Below are positions 13,905 through 27,430 of a stretch of 64,000 nt of DNA, in pieces; the first letter of the stretch is position 1; every line of letters begins with the position of its first letter. The DNA lies in the NCBI GenBank assembly GCA_964016885.1, contig OZ024740.1:195176001-195240000 (forward strand). Reading direction: 5' to 3'. The stretch is from Eledone cirrhosa (Eukaryota). The notes under the pieces were generated by a model. That model worked only from the letters and a program-made list of their open reading frames with translations. It had not been told where the DNA came from and did no database searches. Both the position numbers and the translations under genes were made by a program.

Positions 13905-14350
13905 AATAGTAATAATGGTTTCTACTTTAGGCGCAAGGCCAGCAATTTGAAGGGGTGGGGAAAGTCAATTAAATCGGCCTCGGCACATTACTGGTACTTT
14001 ATTTTATTGACACTGTAAGGATGAAAGACAAAGCTAACTTCAGCAGGATTTGAACTCAGAAAGTAAAGGGCCGGAACTCCATGCTGCAAAGCATGATGTC
14101 CAACGCTCTAAATAATAATAATAATAACAATGGTTTCTGATTTAGGCACAAAGCCAACAATTTTGGGGGAAGGGGAATGTCGATTAAATCGACCCCAGTG
14201 CATTACTGGTACTTTATTTTATCGACCTCGTAAGGTTGAAAGGCAAAGTTAACCTCGTCAAGATTTGAACTCAGAATGTAAAGGGTCATATCTACATTGC
14301 AAAGCTAATTGTCCAACTCTCGATCAATATTGCTCATCCACCACCTTTGA
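13905..14350 (-). mobile_element. Two tandem SINE S2 copies (Meta-SINE-like central domain, (ATT)n tail)
   Basis: B-box GAGTTCAAATC; TTTCATCCTTAC...TAAAATAAAGTACCAGT domain; (ATT)n tails. Confidence 0.8.
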
Positions 14351-14730
14351 TAATAATGGTTTCTTATTTATTGTCATGTCCCAACGTGGCCATATGGTTA
14401 AGAAGTTTGCTCCACAAATGCCGAGATCTTAGTTCATTTGCACTGCATGGCACATTTTGCACAAGTGTTTCTACTTTAGCCTCAAGTCAAATGAGGTATT
14501 GTGAGTGAAATTTGGCAAAAAGAGTCTATGTGGAAACTCGACAGGCATGTGTGTGTATGTGTGTATTAGACCTCATACATGAAACAGTGATCATGTTACA
14601 TTAGGCATAGGTGCAGAAAGCATCTGCAGACTAAATGATAGCCCAGAATGCATAAACTGACGTTCCCTATCCTTTCATCAGGTGTATATTATTAATTATT
14701 ATACTTTCTCTCTCTCCCTCTCTTTGTCTT

Positions 14731-15060
14731 TCATCATCACCGTTTTATGTCCATTCTTCCACGCTAACATGGGTTAGGCAAATTGTCCTGTTGTGGGCAA
14801 TGCTAGGTCAGGTGACCATGCTTTGTTTATACAGAACTGATTTTGGCTTGATTTCTACAGCTGGAAGCCCTTCCTAATGCCAACCTCATTTACAGTGAGT
14901 ACTGGGTACTTTTTGCCATGATGCCTACATGACCACATTACAGTGTGGGCTGGGTGCTTTTTGTCATGACAATGTGGGCTGGGTGGTGGGTGCTTTTCGT
15001 CATCATACTTACACAACCCCTATACAGTGGGAGGGTGGGGTGTTGTGGGAGGGTGGAGCA
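14731..15060 (-). mobile_element. RTE-C-like 3' UTR fragment
   Basis: Homologous to 47615-47910. Confidence 0.7.
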
Positions 15061-15068
15061 CGGCATAC

Positions 15069-15099
<31 letters not shown>

Positions 15100-15909
15100 A
15101 TGTAGCATAATATTCAACAAGAAAAGAGAACACTATATGTCCCGTAGTACAACAAATATTTATTAATATTTATGAATCATACACACAATATAATCCCATC
15201 AACTACCAACGGTTTCATGATCTGATGGTGACTTGCATTCTATTGTTGTCAGCCACACCAGGCCCAAAGAACAACCACAGTTTAGTGCTTACATCTTATG
15301 TAAACTTATCACTGGATTGTGAAATCCATGGTAGCTAATGTTGTATTATTGTGTACATAATTTGTATATATATATGGTGGTAGAACCCATTCAGTCGAAT
15401 TTGACACACCATCACATCATTATTGTTATCACCATCTATCTATTATGTTAAAGTGGTACATGCCTTGTAAAAATCTCCTACACTAGAAAGGGGATGGCTA
15501 GAATGAGAGAGAGAGAGAACAAAAGAGCAATTACTTTTTACAATGTACACACACACTAACACAGAGCTGAGACAGGGAACATAATGTACTTTTGTGGAGG
15601 TCATCTTGACCAACAGATGTGAATGTATCATCTAAGAAAATGAATACATCTATTGTGAGCTAGAGCAGAACTCACAGCTCTACTGGATATTGATTCTAGC
15701 AGAGGAACAAAGTCAGGCATTTTTGAAGATATTATAATTGATTAGAGCAACTTTTGTAATCATTTTATCAACACTGGAAAGATGAAAGGCAAAATCAACC
15801 TCAGCTGTATTTGAACTCAGAATGTAAAGCGATGTAACTAAATGCCACATGCTATTTTGTTCACCACTCTACTGATTTTGCCAATCTATTGTCCATCACA
15901 ATCAATATA

Positions 15910-16700
15910 TTAAATGTGCTAGACTCTAAAGATCGTAATTTCTAACCATGTCATTGCTTAATAGCTCAGCCAACCTAGGATCCACAAAAACTTCATATCT
16001 GAATGGTTAGTAATTGTGGATAAGTCTAAATTTGACATGTCAATAACTGTGCAAGTGTCTAAATTAGCAACTCCATCTAACCCTTCATTACATGGAAAAG
16101 GGATTTTAAAAATGAATACAAATAAAACTAAAAGGCAAAATCAAATGAAATGTTTAGGAAAACAAAACTAAAGAAAAAAATATAGTAACACAAAAGATTT
16201 TCTTAATAGAAAAGAGATAACTAGAAAATTCTATTTCTAAAAGAGAATTTATAATCAAATTTCCTTCAGCTATGTTGAAATATGATTTACAACTTAAAAT
16301 CATAAAATGTCTGTATTTTCATTTAAACTTATAATGGACCTGTGTTAAATAAGCTGGAAATATCAGAGGATATCCCTTCACAGGGCACTACTTTAAATAT
16401 GTGCTCAAAACCTTTGCAGTAATCATTATGAAATTCCCAAAAATTCAATCAAGAAACCACATCATAACTGCCTCCTTGGTGAAATGAACAAGAAAACACA
16501 GCCCTTTAAAACATTTGTTAAATTTATATTTTAAAACTGACTTTTTTAATCACTTTTTTCAAATGTTGTTTGTTTCTTTGTTGACTGACAGTAATCGAAT
16601 GTGTTTGCAAATTTGTGCATCAATTCTTATTGCTGGAAATTAATGGCTTCATAACTTTCCTAATATCAACTATTTGACCATAAATTGTCAATATTGTCAA
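15910..16700. repeat. Left arm of ~800-bp inverted duplication (partner 18405-19245)
   Basis: Colinear reverse-complement match by eye; core 16282-16396 vs 18751-18865 differs at 4 of ~115 nt. Confidence 0.9.
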
Positions 16701-17122
16701 TTTCTTGTTGTCATTGTTCATTCATTCACCCCTATAAAACTTTCATTGCATCTGGTTAAGAAGGCCTTCCTTCAAACAGATTCAAGCCTCATTTATAGCT
16801 TAATTCATTGATACATCAGGCTAATGAAATACTTGGCAATTCTATTATAAAGCTCCAGCCCCAGCTCCCTACTGCAATAAAATATAATTTTCTTAGGAGT
16901 TCTACTATAAGAAAAGGATAAAATTAAGTACATTTTTTTTAAATTCGTTATTTAGGTGGAGGAGAATTGATAGTCATTCATGATTCTTTTTAGAGCCTCT
17001 GAGACAGTTGGGAATAAAGTAAGTTATCATGAAACTAGAAACCTTTGCTGAATGCTTGCAAAAGTGAATTCCATTTAAGGTCGTTAAGAATCAGGTAGAG
17101 ATGTTTAAATGGGTTGATGGCC

Positions 17123-17322
17123 TAACTCTTTAGCATTTACATTACTCTATATTTACTATTCTACTTTTGTAGAATTATCTCACATAGTAGCGAATCTATG
17201 AGATTTTGATGTTATTTATTTTGAGACCAATACATTAAGTCAGTATGAGCAGCCAATTACAGCTGGTTTAAACAGAAAGAGGTGAGGGAAATCTGGCTGG
17301 ATACAGCCTGTTTAAATGCATC
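17123..17322. mobile_element. piggyBac-like MITE, decayed, reversed relative to 53737-53948
   Basis: TAACTCTTTAGCATTTAC...GGCTGGATACAGCCTGTTTAAATGC. Confidence 0.55.
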
Positions 17323-18404
17323 ACTCAAAAATAGGAACAGCCCCTTCAATGGGTTTCCCCAGAGTTTCCATCGACTAAATTTCACTCATAAAGCTTTGGT
17401 CAATTAAAAACAATAACCCAAAATAGCCAAGGATCAAAATTAAAACAATGTAATTATGAAGTAAAATTGTTAACCACATAGCCATGTTTTACCCATAGGT
17501 CATGCCTGCAACCATTAATTCTCCAACTATAACTGGATGCTCAATAACCAGTGATTAAGTTGTGAGACTTGACAACATTCCATGTTCTGATTTAGATCAA
17601 ATGAGTTATTTTATATGAGTGTTCTGAACATAATATACCCTACTTTTATATTCAAATGTGATTGACTATTGATTATAACTCTCTCAGAGTGTGCACTATT
17701 CCTATATGTCCTTTGCTTTGAAGTCTCGTAGCTGGATAAGCTGATAATGTATCAACCAATTATAGCTTTGTAGCTTGACTGCACAGCATTGAGTCTATAA
17801 CCAAAATAAACTTTAACCCTTTAAATACAAGCAGCTAAATTATTAATACAACATTGCAGCCCCCATAGTATGAGTGGTACACTTATCAACTGCTCAGTAT
17901 CCTGCTTTATAAACAAATCTGCTTTATAAACATAATCATAGCAAATTTAGCCATAAAAAACCCTGCCTAACAAAGGGTGGCAAAAAGTCTTCAGCTATGT
18001 CAAAGACATGACAAGCTCCTTAATATGGCGCCATGATAGAATGCACTTGTTGGAATATATGTGAGCAAGATGTGGGCCCCCAGCTTGTCTGTACACTCAG
18101 TAGAGTGTGAGAACATATGTAAGCCTGATGCAGGTCCCAGGTCCATCTGAAAGCTCAACTGCTCTACTTGAGTATGGACTCAATCTGTGATGACCCATCA
18201 AGACCTTGCTAGCAGGGGAAATGAAAGTTAAACGACAGTGATGGTTGTGGTAGCAGTGGTGATGGTGATGAATGCAATGCTCGAGCATGACCTAGGGTTT
18301 TAAAGGCTTCAACAATTAAAGAAATAAAGAACATGATAAATATCTTGCAGGGGGATAGGCTCTAACACACTAATTTGTTCACGACACACTACATGAAAAC
18401 ATAT

Positions 18405-19245
18405 TATATCAATATTGGGACTCAAATAGATCAAATAGCTGAAATTTGTAAAGTTAACAAACCATTAATTTCTAGTAACAAGAATTGATGCAAATATCCA
18501 AATTTGTAAACCCATTTAATTTCTGTCAGTCAAGGGAACAAATAAAAATTGAAAAATGATATAATAAGTTAATTTTAAAACATAAATTTAACAAATGTTC
18601 TAAAGGGCTGTATTTTCTTGTTCATTTTTCACTGAGGTGGCAATTATGGTGTGGATTCTTGATTGATTTTTTGGCAATCTTGTAGCGATTAATGCAAAGG
18701 TTTTGAGTTTTTAAAACATTGCATTTAGTATTGAGTACATATGGTAATACTTAAAGTAATGCCCTGTGAAGGGATATCCTCTGATATTTCCAGCTTATTT
18801 AACACAGGTCCATTGTCAGTTTAAATGAAAATACAGACATTTTATGATTTTAAGTTGCAAATCATAAAATTTCAACATGGCTGAAGAAGCTTTAATTATC
18901 AGTTCCCTTTTAGAAATAGAATTTTCTAGTCATCTCTTTTCTATTAAAAAAAACAATCTTTATCGCTTTTGTGTTACTATATTTTTTTCCCTTTAGCTCT
19001 GTTCTTCCTAAACATTTCATTTGATATTGCCCTCTACTTTTTGTCTTTAATTTTTCTTTAGATTCCTTTTTCCATGTAATTAAGGGTCAGGTAGAATTGA
19101 AAATTTAAACATTTGCATAATAATTACCTTCTTTAATACTAACCATTCAAACATGACATGCTCATGAGACTTAGGTTAGCTGAGATAAAAACTAATGACA
19201 TGGTTGAAAATCATGACCTTTAGAGTCAATAATCTAACACATTTA
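18405..19245. repeat. Right arm of ~800-bp inverted duplication
   Basis: Reverse complement of 15910-16700; interrupted at its outer TTAA by a MITE. Confidence 0.9.
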
Positions 19246-19246
19246 A

Positions 19247-19603
19247 CCCTTTCATGACCATATTACAAATGAAAAATTGCATTTGAATTAAAGTAAAATT
19301 TAAAAGGATTTACTAAAAATGTTTCATTATTTAAATGGTTCGGACGCCATGCTTTCCAGCATAGTTACGTCCCTTTACCATCTGAGTTCAAATCCCGCCG
19401 AGGTTGACTTTGCCTTTCATCCTTACGGGGTCGATAAAATAAAGTACCAGTAATGCACTGGTAATTGCTGGCCTTGTGCCTAAAGTAGAAACAATTATTT
19501 AAATGGTTCTTATATCAAATTATATTGGAAGATATTAATTTAGATAGGGATCCTTTGCTTCATAAAACCAGGGCCAGTTTTGAACAGTTTGGTATAAAAA
19601 TGG
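19247..19603. mobile_element. piggyBac-like MITE (family of 53630-54093) with nested SINE
   Basis: Starts TTAA|CCCTTTCATGACCATATT; ends ...GGTATAAAAATGG|TAAA. Confidence 0.6.
19342..19493 (+). mobile_element. 5'-truncated SINE S2 with 16-bp TSD
   Basis: ATTATTTAAATGGTTC at 19326-19341 and 19494-19509. Confidence 0.9.
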
Positions 19604-21741
19604 TAAATATGTTGGTGGATAGTGGTTTGAAAAATTTGGACAGAATCACCCTTCCAAATTTGCTACTGTGATGATGATGATGATAATGATGTTTCATTGT
19701 TTTATGAGTAGAACCCTATTATTACCTCACTTGGTATAGCTATTGTCAATAGATACCAGATCAATACATGGTACAACCAATATATGCTGTAGATCCCATG
19801 GATGTTAGGGGTTCCAGTCCTATCATAACTTGGTATTGCTATTAGTTAATCATGAAGATAAAGATTCAGAGGGTTTTCTGCCTCCAGGTTCTGGTCTGAT
19901 TTTCAGTTTTACTTGCATCGCCATTGTTGTTTATCCCCAGGTCAGTCACTGTCAAGTGGATCTCTGATCAAAAGCATTAAAGCCATACCAACCTAGTCTT
20001 TTAGACATACTTTATTTCAAATTACATTATTCAATAAGTGCTTCCTTTTTCTAAAGATACTAGTCAGTGAGTTGAGAAATTTGGCTGCTATTTCTAGCAG
20101 GCTAAACAACTATATAGAGGCTTCCTTAATGGTTGACGAAAATTATACTAAAGCAAAACCAAGCCTCACATAGCAAAAAAATCGTCCTCATATCACTGCT
20201 TACCATCTTAAAAAATAGAAAAGGCACATTAGATAATGTAGTCCTAGATAGACTACAACTGGAAAACAGAGACAGAATGATCATTCCTGAAATTCCTTTG
20301 ACTATAGAACTGCTCTATTAGGGCTCATCTACAGCTAATCAACAATGCTCTTATCAAGTCAACAACTTGTTTGACTTGCAAGAAATAGAAGCCAAATGTC
20401 TCTCAAATCATACCAAATATCTCAAGTGAGGGAAGAACACACTGGATGATATGTTGTATTAGATACACAATACCTGGAGAAAAAACAGTTTGGTCACAGA
20501 TGTAATGGTTGATCAGGGCTGGCCAAGAACAACAATAACAACACTAGCAACACAGACTAAATGAAAAAGTCCCGGCATAGTCATTTCATAGGCTAGAAAT
20601 AGTAGCCAGACTCCCTCAAATCACCATACTATCATAAAAAAGGTAAAGACTCATTATATACCTCCTGATAGTGTATATCTGAATAAAAGATGTAACAGTC
20701 ACAAGTTTACTCTATCACAGCATACCTGGGTTAAACAACAACTACTACTACACTACTTTATACTACTACTACAGTTCAGTAAGTGAAAAGAAAAAGTCTG
20801 TGTGCAACTGTCAAAAATTTAAATTTATTTTCAGATGGAGAGCAGAGAAAAATAAAAGATGCTTGAGTGTAAAGAGTTCTGTTGGGTGGTAGTAAAAGTC
20901 ATTGACAGATTCATCAAATGACAAGGTAATCCCTATGGTAATACTACATCCACCCCAAGACATGACCGTGCAAAAAAAAAAAAACATTGTTTTTAATACG
21001 AAAAAGAATATGAAAGTCACCATTTTCTGTTCATGTTACAAAGGCAATCAGTTTTCTTTTGTCAGATTGGTTGTGATATTGCCTGGTCCATTCAAACACA
21101 CACACAATTTATTATATATCTATTTATTATATCATAAATTTAAACGTCCGTATAGAGCTAGTAAGCCATGACAGACTAGAAGTATCTAGTACTTCTAACG
21201 AAAAACAAGATACACAGAGATAAGTGAATATAAAAACAAAAATGAAGTTAAAAAATAAAATGAAATAAAAATTTAAATAGGGAAGGCCAACTGGGGGCAA
21301 AATAAGCACAAAAAAAGGGAGATAATCAAAAAATAGAAAACAAGGGAAGCTGTAAAGCAGCTCGGAGATTCTGATGTTGAATCTTTTTGTAACCTCCATG
21401 TTTATATTATAGATGGTAGATATTTACAATATATTGTATCTCCAAATGTAGCTGCTAACACTGCCAGATCAAGGCAGCTTTCAATCTTAACTCTAAATAG
21501 GTTAATAAGTTTACATTGCAGCCATGTGGTTCTGGGTTCCATGTCACGGTATGGCGGTATGGTACTGTTGGTAAGTAGCTTCTACTGTATCTTTTATGAG
21601 ATTGTCCCCTACTTTGGCAGAAGCATTTCATAAATGGCAACTGTGCCAAAGCTCATCATATATGTATATGTAAATATAAGCATCATCCTTGTTTTATATA
21701 TGTATATGTAAATATAAGCATCATCCTTGTTTTATATATGT

Positions 21742-21852
21742 CAGTCCTATGCGAGCAAGACAATCACTCTTGCCTCAAGTGGGAATACCCCCGTCCAAAC
21801 CCATGCAAGCGTGGAACACGGACGTTAAACGTTGATGATGATGATGATGATG
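21742..21852 (+). mobile_element. RTE-A 3' terminal fragment with ~37-bp flanking direct repeat
   Basis: Matches 37170-37285; ATATGTAAATATAAGCATCATC(C/A)TTGTTTTATATATG on both sides. Confidence 0.8.
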
Positions 21853-22261
21853 ATATGTAAATATAAGCATCATCATTGTTTTATATATGCTTATCCATGC
21901 TGGCATGGATAGGATGGGTCGTTACAGTCTGAGTCAGTTCTTTTCTTTTTTCAGAGTTACTGTTTCCCGAAATGAGTCAGAAAATCACATCTCATTCATA
22001 ATTAGATGCCCTTCCTAACAAACTACTTTACAGAGTGTACTGCATTACAAAAGCTGTCATGTTCTTGACAAGAATAAAGAGCCTATTCTCAAATAAGAAG
22101 GTCATTCCTAGAGCACCCACAAAGAGTGAAAAACTGCGGATATTGGATGAGGTCCATAAAAATGCCTATAAACATCAAAACATAACCTAAGATATAGGCT
22201 GGTAAATACGGTATATTGTTATTAATAATTTAGCGTTAAAAAGCATGAAGAAATATATATT

Positions 22262-22368
22262 GCATATCCGGTCACCCACGCCATTGATGACCTTCTGGAG
22301 CTTGGAATCATCTGCAAAGATGTTTATGCTGCTGTGCTTGATGATGTCAGTAGTGTCATTAATATAGA
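22262..22368 (-). mobile_element. CR1/L2-type RT fragment
   Basis: IYINDTTDIIKHSSINIFADDSKLQKVI (FADD catalytic motif). Confidence 0.7.
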
Positions 22369-22424
22369 TAATATATACATATATATACATATATATATAT
22401 ATACATACATATATATAATATATC

Positions 22425-22681
22425 ACCTAGATCACCTTGACCGACCAGTCTGTCGGGCGCCAATTGGCACCGCTGGTCACAGCATGTCGTGCTGTTTTAG
22501 CCATAAGATAACGCCATCCCACTGGCTGGGCAGGTAGGCCAGTACTCATTTCTACAGCTGAGTAAACTGGAGCAACGTGAAATAAAGTGTCTTGCTCAAG
22601 GAAACAATACATCTCCCGGTCCGAGAATTGAACTCACAACCTTTCGATTGCAAGCTCAATGCTCTAACCACTAAGCCATGC
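22425..22681 (-). mobile_element. CORE-type SINE with a distinct GC-rich tail
   Basis: Head and CORE near-identical to S1, but a different 3' module ending GGTCAAGGTGATCTAGGTG. Confidence 0.8.
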
Positions 22682-22831
22682 TTATATAGATACATATATA
22701 TATATAGATACATATATATAAAATACATATATATATATATACATATATATAATATATATACATATATATATATATACATACATATATATATACATACATA
22801 CATATATACATACATACATATATATATACAT

Positions 22832-23155
22832 AATCATCATCATCGTTTAACGTCCATCCTCCACGCTAGCATGGGTTTGGATGGGAAGTTTCCCACTTGA
22901 AGCAAGATTGCCTTGCTCGTATAGGACTGTCTGGCAGGTTTTCTACGGCTGGATGCCCTTCCTAACACCAACCACATTTACAGTGTGGACTGGGAGGTTT
23001 TTACCGTGTTATCTACACGGCCACATTACAGCGTGGACTGTGTGTTTTTTTGTCGTGACACCTACACGACCTCATTTATTTAGGACTGGATGTTGTGGTA
23101 CCAACATAACTTTACATCGAGAGAGGTGATATGGATGGGGTGGGGGTAGTGGGAC
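22832..23155 (-). mobile_element. RTE-A 3' UTR fragment
   Basis: Homologous to 23221-23560; (CAT)n on the + strand. Confidence 0.85.
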
Positions 23156-23220
23156 ATACATATATATATATAATATATGTATATACATATATATACATAC
23201 ATATATATATATATATATAT

Positions 23221-26200
23221 CATCATCATCATCATCGTTTAACGTCCATCCTCCACGCTAGCATGGGTTTGGACAGGAGTTTTCCCACTTGAGGCAAGAG
23301 TGGTTGTCTTGCTCGCATAGGACTGTCTGGCGGGTTTTCTACGACTGGATGCCCTTCCTAACACCAACCACATTTACAGTGTGGAACTGGGAGGTTTTTA
23401 CCGTGTTACCTACACGGCCACATTACAGCGTGGACTGTGTGTTTTTTTTGTCGTGACACCTACACGACCTCATTTGTTTCGGCCTGGATGTTGTGGTACC
23501 AACATAACTTTACATTGAAAGGGGTGGTGTGGATGGGGTGGGGGTAGTTGGACGGGGTGTATTTTGTTAGAGGTGCCTACTGACTGTAGTAGGTTTTACT
23601 TTGTATTTAGGTAAGGCGGGTCTTCTCTATTACTGTGTAGCGCCAAAGATCTAGGTCCAGTGACATTGTCTTGGAGAGGTGTAAGTGTGTGAGGTCGGAA
23701 TTTATCAAGTCGTCCCAGGTTTTTCTGGGTCTGCCTACTCCGTGGCTACCGTCTATCTTTATTGCCCTGCACTTTGTTATACAGCTGTCATATTTCATGC
23801 GCATCACGTGACCATACCAATGTAGCCTTCTCTCGAGTAAACAACATCTGATCCCTCTTATTTCTAATTTTTCCCTTAGTTCGTTAATGCTTTGCCGTTC
23901 ACGTATATTATTATTACACATCCAGTGGAGCATGCAAGCTTCGTTCCTCTCTAGTCTGCGTATATCCTCTGCACACAATGCCCAGGTCTCACTGTCATGC
24001 AACATTGCTGTTCGTATGAAGGCATCATACAGCCTGCCTTTCATTTTTAGGGAGAACCCTTTAGCAGTTAATAGTGGTATAAGCTCTCTGAACTTTTTCC
24101 ATCCAGTTCTGACTCTAGCTACTGTACTTTCAGAGCACCCTCCCCCACTGCTGATTTTATCACCCAGGTACCGGAAGCTGTCCACTATTTCTATAGAACC
24201 ATCTGTGCAATTGAATGAGCTAGTATTCTGTGGGCACTTGCTGCTACTTATTGCACCAGAGCACCGGCCACATATAAAATCTATGTTCTTAGTTAGCTTA
24301 CCTGTGATCACACTACATCTTTTATGCACCCATACTTTGCATTTGGGACATAAAATGGAGTTTCTACCTACTCCTTTCCTACACACTGAGCATGGCCATT
24401 TCCCGGATGGGACCGGCGCCCTATTTTCCTTCCTACAAACTAGAACTTTAGTCTTAGACAGGTTAATTTTAAGGCCTTTTGATTCTAGGCCATGCTTCCA
24501 TGTTTGGAATTTTTTCTCTAGTTCGGCCATTGATTCAACTATGAGCGTTAGATCATCTGCGTATAGGAGTTCCCATGGGCAGCCGGTCTTGAACTCCACT
24601 GTTATAGCCTGAAGGGCAATAATAAATAGTAGGGGGCTAAGAACGGAGCCCTGATGAACACCAACTTTTACGCTAAACTCTTCACTATATTCGTTGTTAA
24701 TTCTAACCTTGCTGACTGTTTCTTTATACATGGCTTGTATAGCTCTCACAAGCCATTCATCAATGCCTAGTTTTCTAAGAGCCCACCAGATAATGGAACG
24801 GGGGACTCTGTCGAAGGCTTTCTCCAAGTCAACAAAAGCTAAGTATAGGGGTTTACTTTTAGCTAGGTACTTCTCCTGTAGTTGTCGTACAATGAAAAGA
24901 GCGTATGTGGGACACAAACCCGAACTGCATTTCATCTAGATCAATTCTCTCTCTGATTAGTTGCGCTATTACTTTTTCTGTGACCTTCATGACCTGGTCG
25001 ATTAATTTAATGCCTCTATAGTTACTCCTATCTAGGGCATCTCCTTTACCCTTGTAGCAGTTAATGATGATGCTGCTACGCCAGTCCTTCGGAACAACCC
25101 CATTCTGTATGACTTGGTTTACTATCCGGGTGACCATAGTGTGTCCCACCGTTCCAGATGCTTTCAGCATTTCAGCAACTATCTCCGAAGGCCCAGCCGC
25201 CTTGCCCCTCTTCATATCTTTGATTGCCTTACTTATTATACTACCTTCAACTTGCACTGCTGGTCCCTCTATTGGATCCATGTGAGGGAGACTATCTTTC
25301 TCCCATTTATTCTCTTCATTTAGTAGCCTTTCGTAGTGACACTTCCAAGCTACCTTCTTATCAGCATCAGTGATGGCAAGTACACCATCATTATTATGGA
25401 CACACTTCTCCTCGACAATATCACGGTTTTCCTTGACACATTGCCTAGCAATCCTGAACACCTCACGTTTTTGGTCCTCGCGTTGTAGAACATGCTTGAA
25501 CTTTCTTTCCTCTGCTTCCCTTCTTGCGAAGTACACTTGTCTCCTAGCTTCCCTCCTGGCCACTTGATAGTCTTCTCTACTTCCCCCATCCCGCCATACT
25601 TTCCAAGCCTGCTTTTTGGCCTTAATTGACTCCTCCACCTTACTGTTCCACCACCATGTTACTCTCCTCCTGCCTATAGGCCTGCTCCAGCAACAGACCT
25701 CTTCTGCCGCCATCAGCAGGTTTGCTTTCAGGAGTTCCCACTGTTCCTCTATATTGTACGAATGTAAATACTCTTCCTTACTGTCGAAAGCATAGAGTAA
25801 TATGCTTTTAAATTTATTTCTGGCTGTGGGGTCCTTTAGCTTCCATATTTTTCTCCTGAGGATAGTCCTCTTCTGCTGTCGAGTACGTCTCGTCCTGACT
25901 ATGAGGTCGCTAATTATGAGTCTATGTTGGGAGGTGCATTCTTCATGGGGGAGGGATTTAGTGTTTACAACAGACATTCTGTCACGTCTTCTGGTAAGGA
26001 TATAATCTACCTGGCTTGTATGTTCCCCCGATCTATAGGTAATCAAGTGATTGTCTCGTTTTTTTAAGTTAGTGTTACAGATAGTTAGGTTATTTGCGTC
26101 ACAGAATTCCAGGATTCTGGAGCCTTCCTCCTTTCTAGTACCAAACCCATAGCCTCCGTGGATTCCATCATAGCCGTCACAATGTTGTCCAACGTGACCA

Positions 26201-26342
26201 TTTAGGTCACCAGCAATAATTATATAGTCACTGTCGGTTATTTGGGAGGTAGTGAGCATCAGTGTCACATAGAAACTGTCTTTTATAGCGCCAGGCAGTC
26301 CGGATTGGGGCGCGTACGCAGATATTACCGTCACAGTAGTTC
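23221..26342 (-). mobile_element. RTE-A LINE, 5'-truncated (~3.1 kb)
   Basis: APE endonuclease motifs (VISAYAPQ, GDLNGHVG, VDYIL), RT motifs, ~385-bp 3' UTR, (GAT)n tail; flanked by (TA)n. Confidence 0.97.
23607..26342 (-). pseudogene. RTE endonuclease/reverse transcriptase ORF, frameshifted near 24905
   Basis: ORFs 24859-26472 and 23607-24935 join at QFGFV; DLEKAFD, GVHQGSVLSPLLF, YADD and FRYLG motifs; C4HC3 finger inside the RT. Confidence 0.93.
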
Positions 26343-26390
26343 TATATACATACATATATATAATATATATATATATACATATATATAATA

Positions 26391-26930
26391 CTAGCTGTTG
26401 CACGGGATAAGGTATTGTGAAATATATAATCGCCTTAGCTAAGCTTAGTATTGCCACAACCACGGCTGGCAAAGAAGTAAGGGTCTGGTGGTACGTAAGT
26501 AAGCAACACTGTGGCTTAAAATGTGAGGAAGAAGTTGTGTGCCCTTACCAACTGTTTGGGGAATGAGTGTGAGATTTGTCTTGAGCAAGGGTGGCAGAAT
26601 AACCAGAGGCAGCAGACAGCCAGACATACAGACAGCTATTATAAGGGCGTGTTCTGGATGCAGAGAGAATTGTGGAAAGTGATGTAATGCAGACAGCCAG
26701 ATATACAGACAGATATTATAAGGGCGCGACGTTATATGTATGTATCTATCTAAAAAGAGAAAGACTAAGAATTATAGAGAGAGATCGCTAAATCGCCTAA
26801 TTTGTTTTGCTCAGAACACTCCCTGAAACATAAGTATTACATGTGTAAAGTTTGAAAACAGTCGGTTGGGTGCTTCTCGAGTTTTAGGGATTCAAACTCA
26901 CACACACAGACAGACATCCTCAGTTTTATA
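26391..26930 (-). mobile_element. Non-autonomous Helitron-like element (Lep1-like architecture)
   Basis: Minus strand starts TATAAAACTGAGGATGTCTGTCTGTGTG and ends CCCGTGCAACAGCTAG|T; internal ~38-bp direct repeat at ~26612 and ~26689. Confidence 0.55.
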
Positions 26931-27430
26931 TCCAAACCCATGCAAGCGTGGAACACGGACGTTAAACGTTGATGATGATGATGATGATGATGATATATAT
27001 ATATATATATACATAATATATACATACATATATATATATCATCATCATCATCATCAACGTTTAACGTCCGTGTTCCACGCTTGCATGGGTTTGGACGGGG
27101 GTAGTCCCACTTGAGGCAAGAGTGATTGTCTTGCTCGCATATGACTGTCTGGCAGGTTTTCTACAGTTGGATGCCCTTCCTAACACCAACCACATTTACA
27201 GTGTGGGTCTGGGAGGTTTTTACCGTGTTGCCTACACGGCCACATTACAGCGTGGACTGTGTGTTTTTTTGTCGTGACACCTACACGATCTCATTTGTTT
27301 CGGCCTGGATGGCGCGGCACCAACATAACTTTACATAGAACGGGGTGGTGTGGATGGGGTGGGGGTGGTGGTGGTGGGACGGGGTGTATTTTGTTAGAGA
27401 TGCCTACTGGCTGGAGTAGGTTTTACTATA
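26931..27430. mobile_element. Two RTE-A 3' fragments tail-to-tail (26931-26993 +, 27040-27430 -)
   Basis: Near-identical to the 36885-37285 3' UTR. Confidence 0.85.

Noticed and set aside
16272-16334. Short ORF MLKYDLQLKIIKCLYFHLNL preserved in both inverted arms
   Set aside because: Only 20 codons; preservation is explained by nucleotide identity of the core
20835-20925. AG/GT-bounded 91-nt exon candidate on the plus strand
   Set aside because: Stops in all three frames; splice-like motifs are common in AT-rich DNA
23887-24612. 241-aa plus-strand ORF (and similar ORFs at 32681, 36319, 37784)
   Set aside because: Antisense shadows of the RTE RT frames
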